From an uncultured Flavobacteriales bacterium (GTDB lineage: Bacteria; Pseudomonadota; Alphaproteobacteria; UBA8366; CAVOAK01), in the NCBI GenBank assembly GCA_964419045.1, contig CAYQNO010000019.1:278435-342434 (forward strand): 64,000 nucleotides of DNA. The letters are read 5' to 3'. Position 1 is the stretch's first letter; each line of letters opens with the position of its first letter. The notes below the pieces were generated by a model, which made no database searches, was not told where the DNA came from, and saw nothing but the letters and a program-made list of their open reading frames with translations. Below, one piece after another: positions 34,421-43,216 of this stretch. Both the position numbers and the translations under genes were made by a program.

Positions 34421-35323
34421 ATGTTCAAGGCAGTCGGTGCTCTTATGACTCTGTTCGTGGGTATTACTGTGTACGGTGTGCCTTTTCCATCCCAGGCTAT
34501 AAACCAGACTTTTTCCGAACCCACCCAGGTCATCCGAGATAATTCGAATATCTTGATGCTTACGCAAAGAAAAACAGGAAATAAGAAAAAGGGCGGACAG
34601 AACAATACGGGAAAACGTGTAGCTAAGTGGCCCTATAGCTTTTACGAGGCTAAGGGCCTGTTCGCTACCGGCCTCAAGCCTGTGTTTCCTGACGGTGTGG
34701 ACTGTCCTCCCATTTCGTCGCCCTATGGATCGAAGACCCGCTACGACGGTAGCCAACGCAACAACTCGCACCACAATTACCATAACGGCATGGACATTTC
34801 GCTAAAACCAGGAACGCCACTGTTGGCTGTGGCAGATGGAACGGTGATTCACAAGGGAACTGGCGGCCAACTAGTGGGTGATTTTATTTGGCTTCACCTG
34901 CCGCCTGGTTCGACGGGTTTATCCATGCATATTTTCGCCCGTTATCAACATTTAGATGAGCCTTCAGCCATGAAAGTCGGGGATACGGTGAAAGCCGGAG
35001 ATATCGTGGCACTAGGAGGGGCGACAGGCACGACAGGTGGACATTTTGGCAGCTCTGGATATTCCCATCTCCACCTGACGTTCACCACTGGTCCGTCAGG
35101 AGAGTTTGAGGTCGAACCGAATATACCAAGGGTCAAACATGCGGTGATGAACTATTTCGATCCGATGGGCCTTTACCTAAACAAAACAATAGAGGCGCTT
35201 ACCAACCACGCGCTGCGCGATTTGCCATCTGAGAAGAAGCAGGTACCGGTTCCCGTGATATTGACAGGCGGCGAAATCATCCCGAATGAATCTAAAATAG
35301 TTTGGCCCCTAGCTTGTGACTAA
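34421..35323 (+). CDS. Secreted M23-family (LytM/lysostaphin-type) metallopeptidase
   Basis: GGTGGTGA SD before the ATG. Signal peptide ...VPFPSQA|IN. HxxxD motif in HHNYHNGMDIS and HxH motif in GYSHLHLTF. Confidence 0.85.
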   Translation: MFKAVGALMTLFVGITVYGVPFPSQAINQTFSEPTQVIRDNSNILMLTQRKTGNKKKGGQNNTGKRVAKWPYSFYEAKGLFATGLKPVFPDGVDCPPISSPYGSKTRYDGSQRNNSHHNYHNGMDISLKPGTPLLAVADGTVIHKGTGGQLVGDFIWLHLPPGSTGLSMHIFARYQHLDEPSAMKVGDTVKAGDIVALGGATGTTGGHFGSSGYSHLHLTFTTGPSGEFEVEPNIPRVKHAVMNYFDPMGLYLNKTIEALTNHALRDLPSEKKQVPVPVILTGGEIIPNESKIVWPLACD

Positions 35324-35401
35324 ACCGAGAAATGGGCATTGCGGATAAAGACTCTGCTTTGTTTAACAAAAAATTCAAGAAATAGAAGCCAGCAAAATCG
35401 A

Positions 35402-36505
35402 CTAACTGTTCTTCCCACCATCAATAAGCATATCTTCAAGCTTCCTAAAATACGCACTTGGGGTTTCGCCAAGATGCTCACGACGCTTTATCCAGATTTC
35501 TTGATCCTTCCAATTGTTATCGTCAAACACATGTTCTGGCCATCCAGAAACCACCAGCCAAAGCCGCAATAAATAGCGCCGTTGGTCCAGTTCGATTCCA
35601 TCTGTGTAATCAGTGCGACTATGCAGAATCAGGTTGTTATTCAAAAATTGCATATCTCCTTCTTTGAAGGACATATCGAGATGAAATTCAGGTAGAAGCG
35701 CTAAGTTATCTAAAGCGTCAACAGCTTCTAATTCGACCCCCCCTTCAGATACGTCACCCGATTCAATGGCTCGGCGAAGGAAATGGCTAATGAAACGACA
35801 TGCGAGCTCACCATTGTGCCTCACAAAAACCGGTATTTTAGTATCAGAGAGGTTCTGGCCAGATCCATATTTTGCGTCTTTCTCTGTACTACGCTGCAAA
35901 AATCCTTCGTAGAGTACCGACACTAGATCGGGGCGTGTCTTTAATAGCTCGTTGTGAAGTGCTGCTGCACTCGCTATTCGGCTCTTTCCACCATTAGCTG
36001 GTGCCTTTAAACACATTAGGGCGGCTATCCCGCCAGCATCCGTGTGCATCGATAAAGCACCGCCTTTTTGATAACCTCGATCACTCTGCTCGATATCAGA
36101 GACGTTCATGACATGTCCGAGCAGTTCCCCTCGGTAAGATTGGGGCATCGGAGTGCCAAGATGGGTTCCTATACCATAGAAAATTATGCCTAAATCATCC
36201 TGAGTATATCTATCCACTGGAAAGTTGCGGAACCTGAGGAAACCCAGCCCCGTTCGGAGTTCTTCACGACATGTAATTAACGTCTCACGAAAACTTCCAA
36301 GCGGAAATGTAACTGGATTGATTTCCGGAAAATCAAGATCTCCAAGTTTTTTTAAATGATTAAGCGCGTCATCAATCTCACAGATTTCCTCGTCCGAGAA
36401 GAAACGTGTAGCATCACTTTTATAATTAACTTCTGACCCTTTCCAAACGAAACGTCCATCAACTGGTTTGATGTCCTTGGAATCCACCTCGTGCTGGTTG
36501 TTCAT
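35402..36505 (-). CDS. TauD/TfdA-family Fe(II)/2-oxoglutarate-dependent dioxygenase
   Basis: 367 aa. Has the HxD facial-triad motif (SMHTDAGG) and the distal His in NLILHSRTDY. Overall layout is like clavaminate-synthase-like (PF02668) proteins. Confidence 0.78.
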   Translation of the reverse strand: MNNQHEVDSKDIKPVDGRFVWKGSEVNYKSDATRFFSDEEICEIDDALNHLKKLGDLDFPEINPVTFPLGSFRETLITCREELRTGLGFLRFRNFPVDRYTQDDLGIIFYGIGTHLGTPMPQSYRGELLGHVMNVSDIEQSDRGYQKGGALSMHTDAGGIAALMCLKAPANGGKSRIASAAALHNELLKTRPDLVSVLYEGFLQRSTEKDAKYGSGQNLSDTKIPVFVRHNGELACRFISHFLRRAIESGDVSEGGVELEAVDALDNLALLPEFHLDMSFKEGDMQFLNNNLILHSRTDYTDGIELDQRRYLLRLWLVVSGWPEHVFDDNNWKDQEIWIKRREHLGETPSAYFRKLEDMLIDGGKNS

Positions 36506-36795
36506 TGGCTTTCTCCAAGAAATACCTGAAATATACGCTAATATATTATATTTCTTTAGATGATACGACTACTGTCGGCAGCGGGCAATAACTCAACTGG
36601 CTACCAAGTACTACGACGAGTAGCTGTTAGTTCACTTACTTCCACACCTTCTTAGCGACCCGCATGATGCTTTCCCCCAATTAGATAGGGCGAGTCTGAA
36701 CTTTAGTTTGAAGTACACGCATATTTATCACAATGATTGCGAAGCAACAAATAATCGACGGGTGAAATACGACTCAGTTCAAAAAGGAGAGGACA

Positions 36796-37254
36796 ATGGC
36801 AATAGGTAGCGAGTCTAACGAAAAAGGAAAATCATCGGGAACCCAGTTGCGACAAGTTATGAGTGCGACAGCAAAAAAAGGACTTAAAATTCGTCGACAG
36901 TTAGTAGGGACTCATGAAGTGGATCGCAAAATGAAGGAGATAGAAAATAATGATTTTTTACAAAAGTTTCACAACTACACAAACGAAACGTGTTTTGCTG
37001 GGGTATGGGGACGCCCTGGTCTCGATATTCGCACTCGAAACATGTTGACCTTGGCAATCATGGCAGCACTTGGTCAGGCGTCAGGGATGGAGGCGATTAT
37101 CCGTCGTGCGCTCCGAGGCGGTGTCACCCGTGATGAGATTGCAGAAGTATTTCTCCACGTCTATTCGTATGCCGGCATGCATGCATCCTGGAGTGCATTT
37201 GGAAAGGCCAACGAGACATTTAGGATGATTGATGAAGATGATGTAGAGGTTTAA
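36796..37254 (+). CDS. Carboxymuconolactone decarboxylase (CMD/AhpD-like) family protein
   Basis: AGGAGAGG SD. The core ...FAGVWGRPGLDIRTRNMLTLAIMAALG...GVTRDEIAEVFLHVYSYAGM matches my memory of the PcaC/CMD family. Confidence 0.78.
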   Translation: MAIGSESNEKGKSSGTQLRQVMSATAKKGLKIRRQLVGTHEVDRKMKEIENNDFLQKFHNYTNETCFAGVWGRPGLDIRTRNMLTLAIMAALGQASGMEAIIRRALRGGVTRDEIAEVFLHVYSYAGMHASWSAFGKANETFRMIDEDDVEV

Positions 37255-37478
37255 GAACACTTGCCATGCGACAATTTACTATTGATTCTATTTTATCGAA
37301 CATGATCGGACTTCAGAACTGACAGATCGGAGCAAAAAGTTCTAAATTTACCCGATCATATGCATGATTAATGGTTCATTACTATCGCAGCTGCTGAAAT
37401 CAGTAGAATGTCAGAGTTCATGAATAAACTAATCTCAAATACGCTTAGGTATTAATCATTTTAAAAGAATAAATAATG

Positions 37479-38513
37479 CTAACGTGCAACACGACTCATA
37501 GAGAGTTTTTTGTACATCTCGGGTCCGGCAGTCACCGGCGGGTATCGGGGTGGGTTGTCCGGTGACGTGCAGGTAGCGAGACAACGCACCTCGGCGTCAT
37601 AATTAGGATGCAGGAAATAGCCAATCGACTGGCGTCGGGCGATATCAGAACCCATAGGCGGCGCAGTAACGCGGTGTAGGGTCGATGTCCAGCGATCGTT
37701 GGTCCAACGGGCCATCATATCTCCGATGTTGACTATGAATTCGTCGGGGTTTGCTGTTACATTTTCCCAGTTTCCGCTCGGTGTTCGAATTTGTAGATTT
37801 CCTGTTGGACGTTTAGTCGACCGGTTGCTTCCCGTGACACAGTGTTCACCGGTTTTTTCCATGGCCAACAGCGTAAGGCTACCGAAATCGGTGTGGGCCC
37901 CGCAGCCAATCTGGTCTGGATGAGGAGAATTTTCTATCGCTGGGTAATGAAAAGATCCTAGTGGACTGAAGTGACGATCAATCTTGTCGGCGAAATACTC
38001 TTCGGGAAGTCTCAGCGAGAAGGCAAAAATTCGCATCAGACGTTCCGCAAGTGCTTCCATTTCCTGATAGAGTCGCAGATGTGTTGCCGAAAAGTCGCTG
38101 GGGCGTCGTGGCCATCGGTTGGGCGCATAAAGGTCGTCGACACCCGGAAATCCGGCAAAATCGTTTGCGAATTTATTGCCTACCCCCACGGTATATATTT
38201 CGCGCAAATCAGGTGGTCGTTCCGCGCCTAGCGTTGCTGCCAGGTTGCTTGTTGATAGTTCCTTATAACCCAGAAAAGAGAGTTCGCCATTCGACATTGA
38301 AAGGCGCTTCTCGGCATTGGGTAGATCGAAAAAACTGCGACTGGTTGCCAAAGCATCATCAACGTCTTGCCGAGGAACACCATGGCCAGTCACAACAAGG
38401 AACCCGATTGACTGGCAGGCTTTATCAACTTGTTCGGCTATGGCTCGCCTTTCTTCTGATGAGCCGTGGTCGAATTGGGTTATGTCTATTGTTGACACTA
38501 ATCTCTCTGGCAT
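37479..38513 (-). CDS. Isopenicillin-N-synthase-like 2OG-Fe(II) oxygenase
   Basis: DIOX_N-like N-terminus (...RAIAEQVDKACQSIGFLVVTGHGVP), the HxD motif in GAHTDFGSLTLL and the distal His in STLHRV. Confidence 0.85.
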   Translation of the reverse strand: MPERLVSTIDITQFDHGSSEERRAIAEQVDKACQSIGFLVVTGHGVPRQDVDDALATSRSFFDLPNAEKRLSMSNGELSFLGYKELSTSNLAATLGAERPPDLREIYTVGVGNKFANDFAGFPGVDDLYAPNRWPRRPSDFSATHLRLYQEMEALAERLMRIFAFSLRLPEEYFADKIDRHFSPLGSFHYPAIENSPHPDQIGCGAHTDFGSLTLLAMEKTGEHCVTGSNRSTKRPTGNLQIRTPSGNWENVTANPDEFIVNIGDMMARWTNDRWTSTLHRVTAPPMGSDIARRQSIGYFLHPNYDAEVRCLATCTSPDNPPRYPPVTAGPEMYKKLSMSRVAR

Positions 38514-38739
38514 TTTCAGCCCCTCTTCTCCTCAACGTTGAAGCTAATTCAACTAGACAAGTATTATAATCTACCTCTCAGTGTTGCCGTTACCTTGCAA
38601 GTTGATATCACCATTCAATGCCTCCTTTTTCCACCGCTGATATTTCTCTATGCTAATCTCTATTCCCGACAGCGTTTAAAGGCTATACGAAATAACACCG
38701 ATACTCCCAATTTTTAGCAATAACTGTCACACTTAAATT

Positions 38740-40410
38740 ATGAGATATGTAACTGTTAGCGTTTGTATGATTTTCGCCGTACTTCTAGGAAGTTCTAGAT
38801 TTAGTTTTGCACTTCCACCCTGTCCAGGCACATACAATGAAAAAATTTGGACCGATTGCACGGGAACTTATACTCATGCAAATGGCGACACATATGTTGG
38901 TGAATTTAGTAAAAATAAAATCCACGGGAAAGGCACTTATAGATACACCAATGGGGATGTATACGTAGGTGGACACAAGGAAAACAAGAAGCATGGCAAT
39001 GGTGTTTATAGCTACGCTAATGGGGACAAATACGTCGGAGAATTCAAAGATGATAAAGCTAATGGGAAGGGCATCTATACTTACGCAAATGGCGACAGAT
39101 ATGTAGGTGTATACAAGGATGGTAAAGCCTACGGTCGTGGTACCTATACTCTGCCAAATGGAGATAAATACGTAGGTGAACACAAGGATGGAAAGGCCGA
39201 TGGGCGAGGTACTTATACTTATGCTAATGGGAACAAATACGTCGGCGAATGGAAAAATGATAAACTTCATGGGCATGGAACATTCAGCTATGCCAACGGG
39301 GATAAGTACGTAGGTGAATGGAAGGATGACAAATTCCACGGGTGGGGCTCGTCCATCCATGGTCCATTAAGTAAATCTGCTGGAGATACGTATGAAGGTG
39401 AATTTAGGAACAATGAACGTAATGGGCAGGGTACCTATATCTATGCGAGCGGAAGTAAATACGTAGGTGAACACAGGCATAACAAGAAGCATGGGAAAGG
39501 TACTTATAGCTATGCCAATGGTGACGAATACGTAGGTGAATGGAAGGATGACAAAGCCAACGGGCACGGAATTTATACCTATGCCGACGGTAGGGTGCAG
39601 GGAGGCATTTGGACCAATGGTAAATTCCGATACGCACGCAGAGCCGCGCCGACCACCGTCAGCAAAAAGTCTCCGCTGTTAAAACGTGAGTCGGCAACTA
39701 ACTCCAGTACAGTTATATCCGCTTCATCAGGAAGTGGATTTGCAGTTTCATCTCTGGGACATATTATTACCAACAACCATGTTGTCGATGGTTGTGAGAA
39801 AGTCAAAATACACCATAAAGGGAAGTCTTTTGCGGCGACTGTGGTGGCGAATGACTTAAAAAATGATATTGCACTGCTAAAAGGCGACTTCAACCCCTCA
39901 ACGGTTCTTAGATTGAGCCAGAGTAGACCAGAGCTGCTTCAAGATGTGTATGTTGCAGGCTATCCTTTTGGACAAAAAGTTAGTGCGTCGGTTAAGGTGA
40001 CGAAGGGTATAATCAGTTCTCTTACTGGTATAGGAAACAATTTCTCCAGCTTCCAGATCGATGCCGCTCTTCAACCCGGTAACAGCGGTGGCCCTATACT
40101 GGACGATAAAGGTAATGTTGTTGGTGTTGCCGATGCGAAACTGGATATAACGAGGACCTTAGAGAACTTCGGTGTGATTCCGGAAGACACAAATTTTGGA
40201 ATAAAGACGAAGGTGGTGAGGGACATTTTGGATAGCAGTAGCATCACACTCCCTAGTCCAAATGACTCATTAATTTCCAGATCCGAATTAGGGGAGACAA
40301 TTTCTAATGGTACGTACTATTTATCCTGCTGGATGACCACGGCTCAGATTGAGAAAATGAAATCAAAAAAGGTTATGTTCCACAACCAGCCAATAGTGGA
40401 TGACAACTAA
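38740..40410 (+). CDS. Secreted MORN-repeat protein fused to a trypsin-like (S1, DegP/Trypsin_2-type) serine protease domain
   Basis: Signal peptide. About 11 MORN-type repeats (Y.YANGDKYVGE.KD.K.HG.G). Then the catalytic-triad contexts GHIITNNHVV (His), KNDIALLK (Asp) and PGNSGGPILD (Ser). Confidence 0.85.
   Translation: MRYVTVSVCMIFAVLLGSSRFSFALPPCPGTYNEKIWTDCTGTYTHANGDTYVGEFSKNKIHGKGTYRYTNGDVYVGGHKENKKHGNGVYSYANGDKYVGEFKDDKANGKGIYTYANGDRYVGVYKDGKAYGRGTYTLPNGDKYVGEHKDGKADGRGTYTYANGNKYVGEWKNDKLHGHGTFSYANGDKYVGEWKDDKFHGWGSSIHGPLSKSAGDTYEGEFRNNERNGQGTYIYASGSKYVGEHRHNKKHGKGTYSYANGDEYVGEWKDDKANGHGIYTYADGRVQGGIWTNGKFRYARRAAPTTVSKKSPLLKRESATNSSTVISASSGSGFAVSSLGHIITNNHVVDGCEKVKIHHKGKSFAATVVANDLKNDIALLKGDFNPSTVLRLSQSRPELLQDVYVAGYPFGQKVSASVKVTKGIISSLTGIGNNFSSFQIDAALQPGNSGGPILDDKGNVVGVADAKLDITRTLENFGVIPEDTNFGIKTKVVRDILDSSSITLPSPNDSLISRSELGETISNGTYYLSCWMTTAQIEKMKSKKVMFHNQPIVDDN
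38860..39625 (+). repeat. Imperfect 69-nt periodic coding repeats (MORN units)
   Basis: GG(A/T)GA(C/T)AAATA(C/T)GT(A/C)GGTGAA-type segments recur every 23 codons. The reverse strand yields long artefactual ORFs (38785..39360). Confidence 0.85.
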
Positions 40411-40493
40411 ATTGTACTGGTTTGTGCAGTCAGTCCTTTGAAATTTTCGCACTGTGTATCTTGAGTTCATAGCAAGAGTGTGGGTAGCTTTGA

Positions 40494-41393
40494 GTGAGAA
40501 AATTTTATGTTTCACGATTATGGACGGCTTTGAGAGGTTTCAATAGAAATCTTCGAGGCATGGCACTTATGTTCGTTGCGATGATTGGTCATTCTGTGTC
40601 CCTTGGCATGGTGCGACATGTTTCCAACGAGTTACACACGTTTGAAATTATCCACATAACGACAATCATGGGTATGCTTGTTCTTATGCCTTGGTTTATG
40701 CGCCAGGGCCTAGCAACATTTCGTACGAGACGCCTTGGCTTACATATCGTGCGAGCCGTGATAGCAGTGATGGGGCTAACCGCATGGTTCCACTCAATCG
40801 CAATTACGCCACTTGCAACCGCAGCGGCCTTGAGCTTTTCAGCCCCGATTTTCGCTACGGTGTTGGCAGTATTGGTATTGGGTGAGAAGGTTGGAATTGC
40901 CCGCTGGTTTGCTGTCCTTCTTGGTGTTGCAGGCATGTTAATAATCCTCCGACCTGGTCTTGTCGCCCTTGAACTAGGACCTTTCTTGGCCGTGATGTCT
41001 GCACTCGCCTACGCTGTCGTATTATCGATCATCAAAATGCTGAGTCGCACCGATTCGAGCGTCACAATTCTTGCTTATGTGCAGGTTTTATTGGTGCCCT
41101 TAACGTTTGTTCAGGCACTGTTCGTCTGGCAGTGGCCAACCGCAGAAGCCTACATGTGGTTATTGGCAATAGGTGTCATTGGTACAACCTCACAACTCAT
41201 CCTTACACAAGCTCTGAAAGAAGCAGAGACAAGCGTTGTCATGCCATTATTCTTTTTCCAGCTGATTTGGTTGTCTGTAATAGGCTTTATTTTCTTCAGT
41301 GAAACTCCTTCTCTGTTCGCCTGGATCGGTGGCGCCATGATCCTCACCAGCGGGACATTTATCGCCTACCGAGAAAGCAAAGTAAAAGAGTAG
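40494..41393 (+). CDS. EamA/DMT-superfamily transporter
   Basis: Polytopic membrane protein of the size and hydrophobicity pattern of a tandem-EamA 10-TMS carrier. The start could be the GTG at 40494 or the ATG at 40560 (MALMFVAM...). Confidence 0.82.
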   Translation: MRKFYVSRLWTALRGFNRNLRGMALMFVAMIGHSVSLGMVRHVSNELHTFEIIHITTIMGMLVLMPWFMRQGLATFRTRRLGLHIVRAVIAVMGLTAWFHSIAITPLATAAALSFSAPIFATVLAVLVLGEKVGIARWFAVLLGVAGMLIILRPGLVALELGPFLAVMSALAYAVVLSIIKMLSRTDSSVTILAYVQVLLVPLTFVQALFVWQWPTAEAYMWLLAIGVIGTTSQLILTQALKEAETSVVMPLFFFQLIWLSVIGFIFFSETPSLFAWIGGAMILTSGTFIAYRESKVKE

Positions 41394-41602
41394 GTGCTAA
41401 TAGTGGCAAGGGGTCGTGATTGGGAGCTTGTCTGGCTCGCCTGATCTGAATTTTCCAAATTATTATAAAGCCAACCGGTCAATTATTCTGTTATGGCCAG
41501 ACAATGTTCGACCTGTCCTTTGCATGTAAAGGGCAATACGCTAGTGAATAATGGGAATGGGAATTCACATTCAGTATATCGAAGTCGTATTGCTATGAAA
41601 TT

Positions 41603-42118
41603 TTAGTCTGGCATTTTGCCCATAAAATCTGGTTTGCCGAGCTCGAGTCCTGCACCGCGCAGAATATCGTAGGCTGTTGCAGCATGAAAAAATAGCTGTG
41701 GTATCGTGAAATGTAGGAGAAAAATTTGACCGGTAAAGTTTAGCGTATAACTGATTAGTTTTACTTCTATCTGTCGGTTCTCGCTGCCATCAATCTGTTC
41801 AGGTTTGATTCCCTGGACCAGTTCAAGTGCATCTGCGGTTTGTTCCTTGAGAACGGCGAAGCTCGATTCGTCTGCACCGAAGTAGTCACGTACTTCAAGG
41901 TTGGCTAATCGTGCAGCAGCCCCGCCTGAATGAAAGAGTGCGGTCTTGGTTTGAAGCGCCATATGAAACATGTCAGGAAAGATACGTCCCTGAAGAAGTA
42001 CTGATTCATCTATATTGTTTGCAGCGCAATGTGCTTCAGCCTTGTCGAGAATGTTTGTAAGTCCGCTCAAGAGCTGGGCAAATATAGGAACTGAGGCCTG
42101 AAACATCGAAATTGTCAT
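41603..42118 (-). CDS. DUF1993-family protein
   Basis: From the ATG at 42118: MTISMFQASVPIFAQLL...KPEQIDGSE...FLLHFTIPQLFFHAATAYDILRGAGLELGKPDFMG. This closely matches my memory of PF09351 proteins. The track ORF starts 16 codons earlier. Confidence 0.8.
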   Translation of the reverse strand: MTISMFQASVPIFAQLLSGLTNILDKAEAHCAANNIDESVLLQGRIFPDMFHMALQTKTALFHSGGAAARLANLEVRDYFGADESSFAVLKEQTADALELVQGIKPEQIDGSENRQIEVKLISYTLNFTGQIFLLHFTIPQLFFHAATAYDILRGAGLELGKPDFMGKMPD

Positions 42119-42283
42119 GTGCATTTCATCCGTTTGAATAGTCGAGACTGTCTGGTGATCTATCACTTATAAAATGAAGTTGGAAGCGCACCTTTTCGAT
42201 AGATTAAAATATAGGGATTGGCTACGGACTTTTGGCGGTATAACACTTAGCCATGAACGAAATTTGTAATGGCGAGATTAACC

Positions 42284-42997
42284 ATGAAACTTCTTGTATT
42301 TCAGCACATTGATTGTGAACATCCAGGTTCGCTAAGACAGTTTCTGGCGGAAGACGGAATTTGTTGGGACGCTGTCCAGCTGGATCAGGGAGAATCCATT
42401 CCACCCCTAGAAAACTACGATGCATTGTGGGTGATGGGTGGTCCCATGGATGTCTGGGATGTCGATGATCATCCTTGGCTTATTTCAGAAAAGGCTGCTA
42501 TCAGGAAATGGGTTGGTCACCTAAAGAAGCCATATCTTGGTTTATGTCTCGGGCATCAGTTGTTAGCTGACGCATTAGGCGGTACCTGTGGCCCACAAAA
42601 TCCGCCTGAAATAGGGGTTCAAAATGTGAAACTGACAGAGGATGGGAAGATGGATTCCCTGTTTCATGATACGCCAGATACGCAAAAATGCCTTCAATGG
42701 CACTCAGTTCGCGTCGCTCAGCCACCCGAGAACGCAACTATCCTCGCAAGCTCCGACCTTTGCAGTGTTCAAGCTATGCGAGTCGGCATCAATGCGTGGT
42801 CGATGCAGTATCATGTCGAGGTCGAACCCGATACAATTTCTAACTGGGCCAATGTGCCTGAATATCACAAGGTGCTCATGGATACCCTGGGTGAGACGGG
42901 ATATGCCACAATGTCGAAAGATGCTGGTGAAAGCATGGGTGAATTCTTAAACTGCGCTGAAACACTGTATCGAAATTTTATTTCTTTGGCTGAATAA
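42284..42997 (+). CDS. Class I glutamine amidotransferase-like protein (GuaA N-domain-like)
   Basis: MKLLVFQHIDCEHPG... and the nucleophile elbow GLCLGHQLL. The ATG at 42284 is preferred to 42269 on family N-terminus grounds. Confidence 0.82.
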   Translation: MKLLVFQHIDCEHPGSLRQFLAEDGICWDAVQLDQGESIPPLENYDALWVMGGPMDVWDVDDHPWLISEKAAIRKWVGHLKKPYLGLCLGHQLLADALGGTCGPQNPPEIGVQNVKLTEDGKMDSLFHDTPDTQKCLQWHSVRVAQPPENATILASSDLCSVQAMRVGINAWSMQYHVEVEPDTISNWANVPEYHKVLMDTLGETGYATMSKDAGESMGEFLNCAETLYRNFISLAE

Positions 42998-43216
42998 GCT
43001 AAGGGTTGCCGACAAAACCAATGACAACGGTATTAACGTAAGATTGAATCAAGTCACAACAATAAGGCCGTAAACCTTCTTCAACTGGAGTATGTCGGAT
43101 TTGGCTAAAGCTAGTCTCAGCTCCTCTATGACAGTGACAAGAGAAATTTGCCAGTTGAATTAGTTGATTATCTATGAATTCTTCTGCTCGCAAAGGGAAG
43201 GCCTGCCCTATTTAGC

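Noticed and set aside
38051-38569. 172-aa plus-strand ORF overlapping the start of the IPNS-like oxygenase.
   Set aside because: The minus-strand frame carries the DIOX_N and HxD...H motifs. The plus-strand product is Arg/Leu-rich with no recognisable features.
38785-39637. Minus-strand ORFs (191, 66 and 77 aa) across the MORN repeat region.
   Set aside because: Repeat periodicity suppresses stop codons on the reverse strand. The plus-strand MORN-protease reading frame has a signal peptide and catalytic motifs.
42999-43193. 64-codon Cys/His-containing ORF (..FSCHCHRG..PYCCDL..) immediately downstream of the CHAT gene on the minus strand.
   Set aside because: It has a TTG start with no SD and lies in a convergent intergenic region. 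The composition is unremarkable apart from a few Cys residues. It is kept only as a note in case ribosome profiling shows translation.
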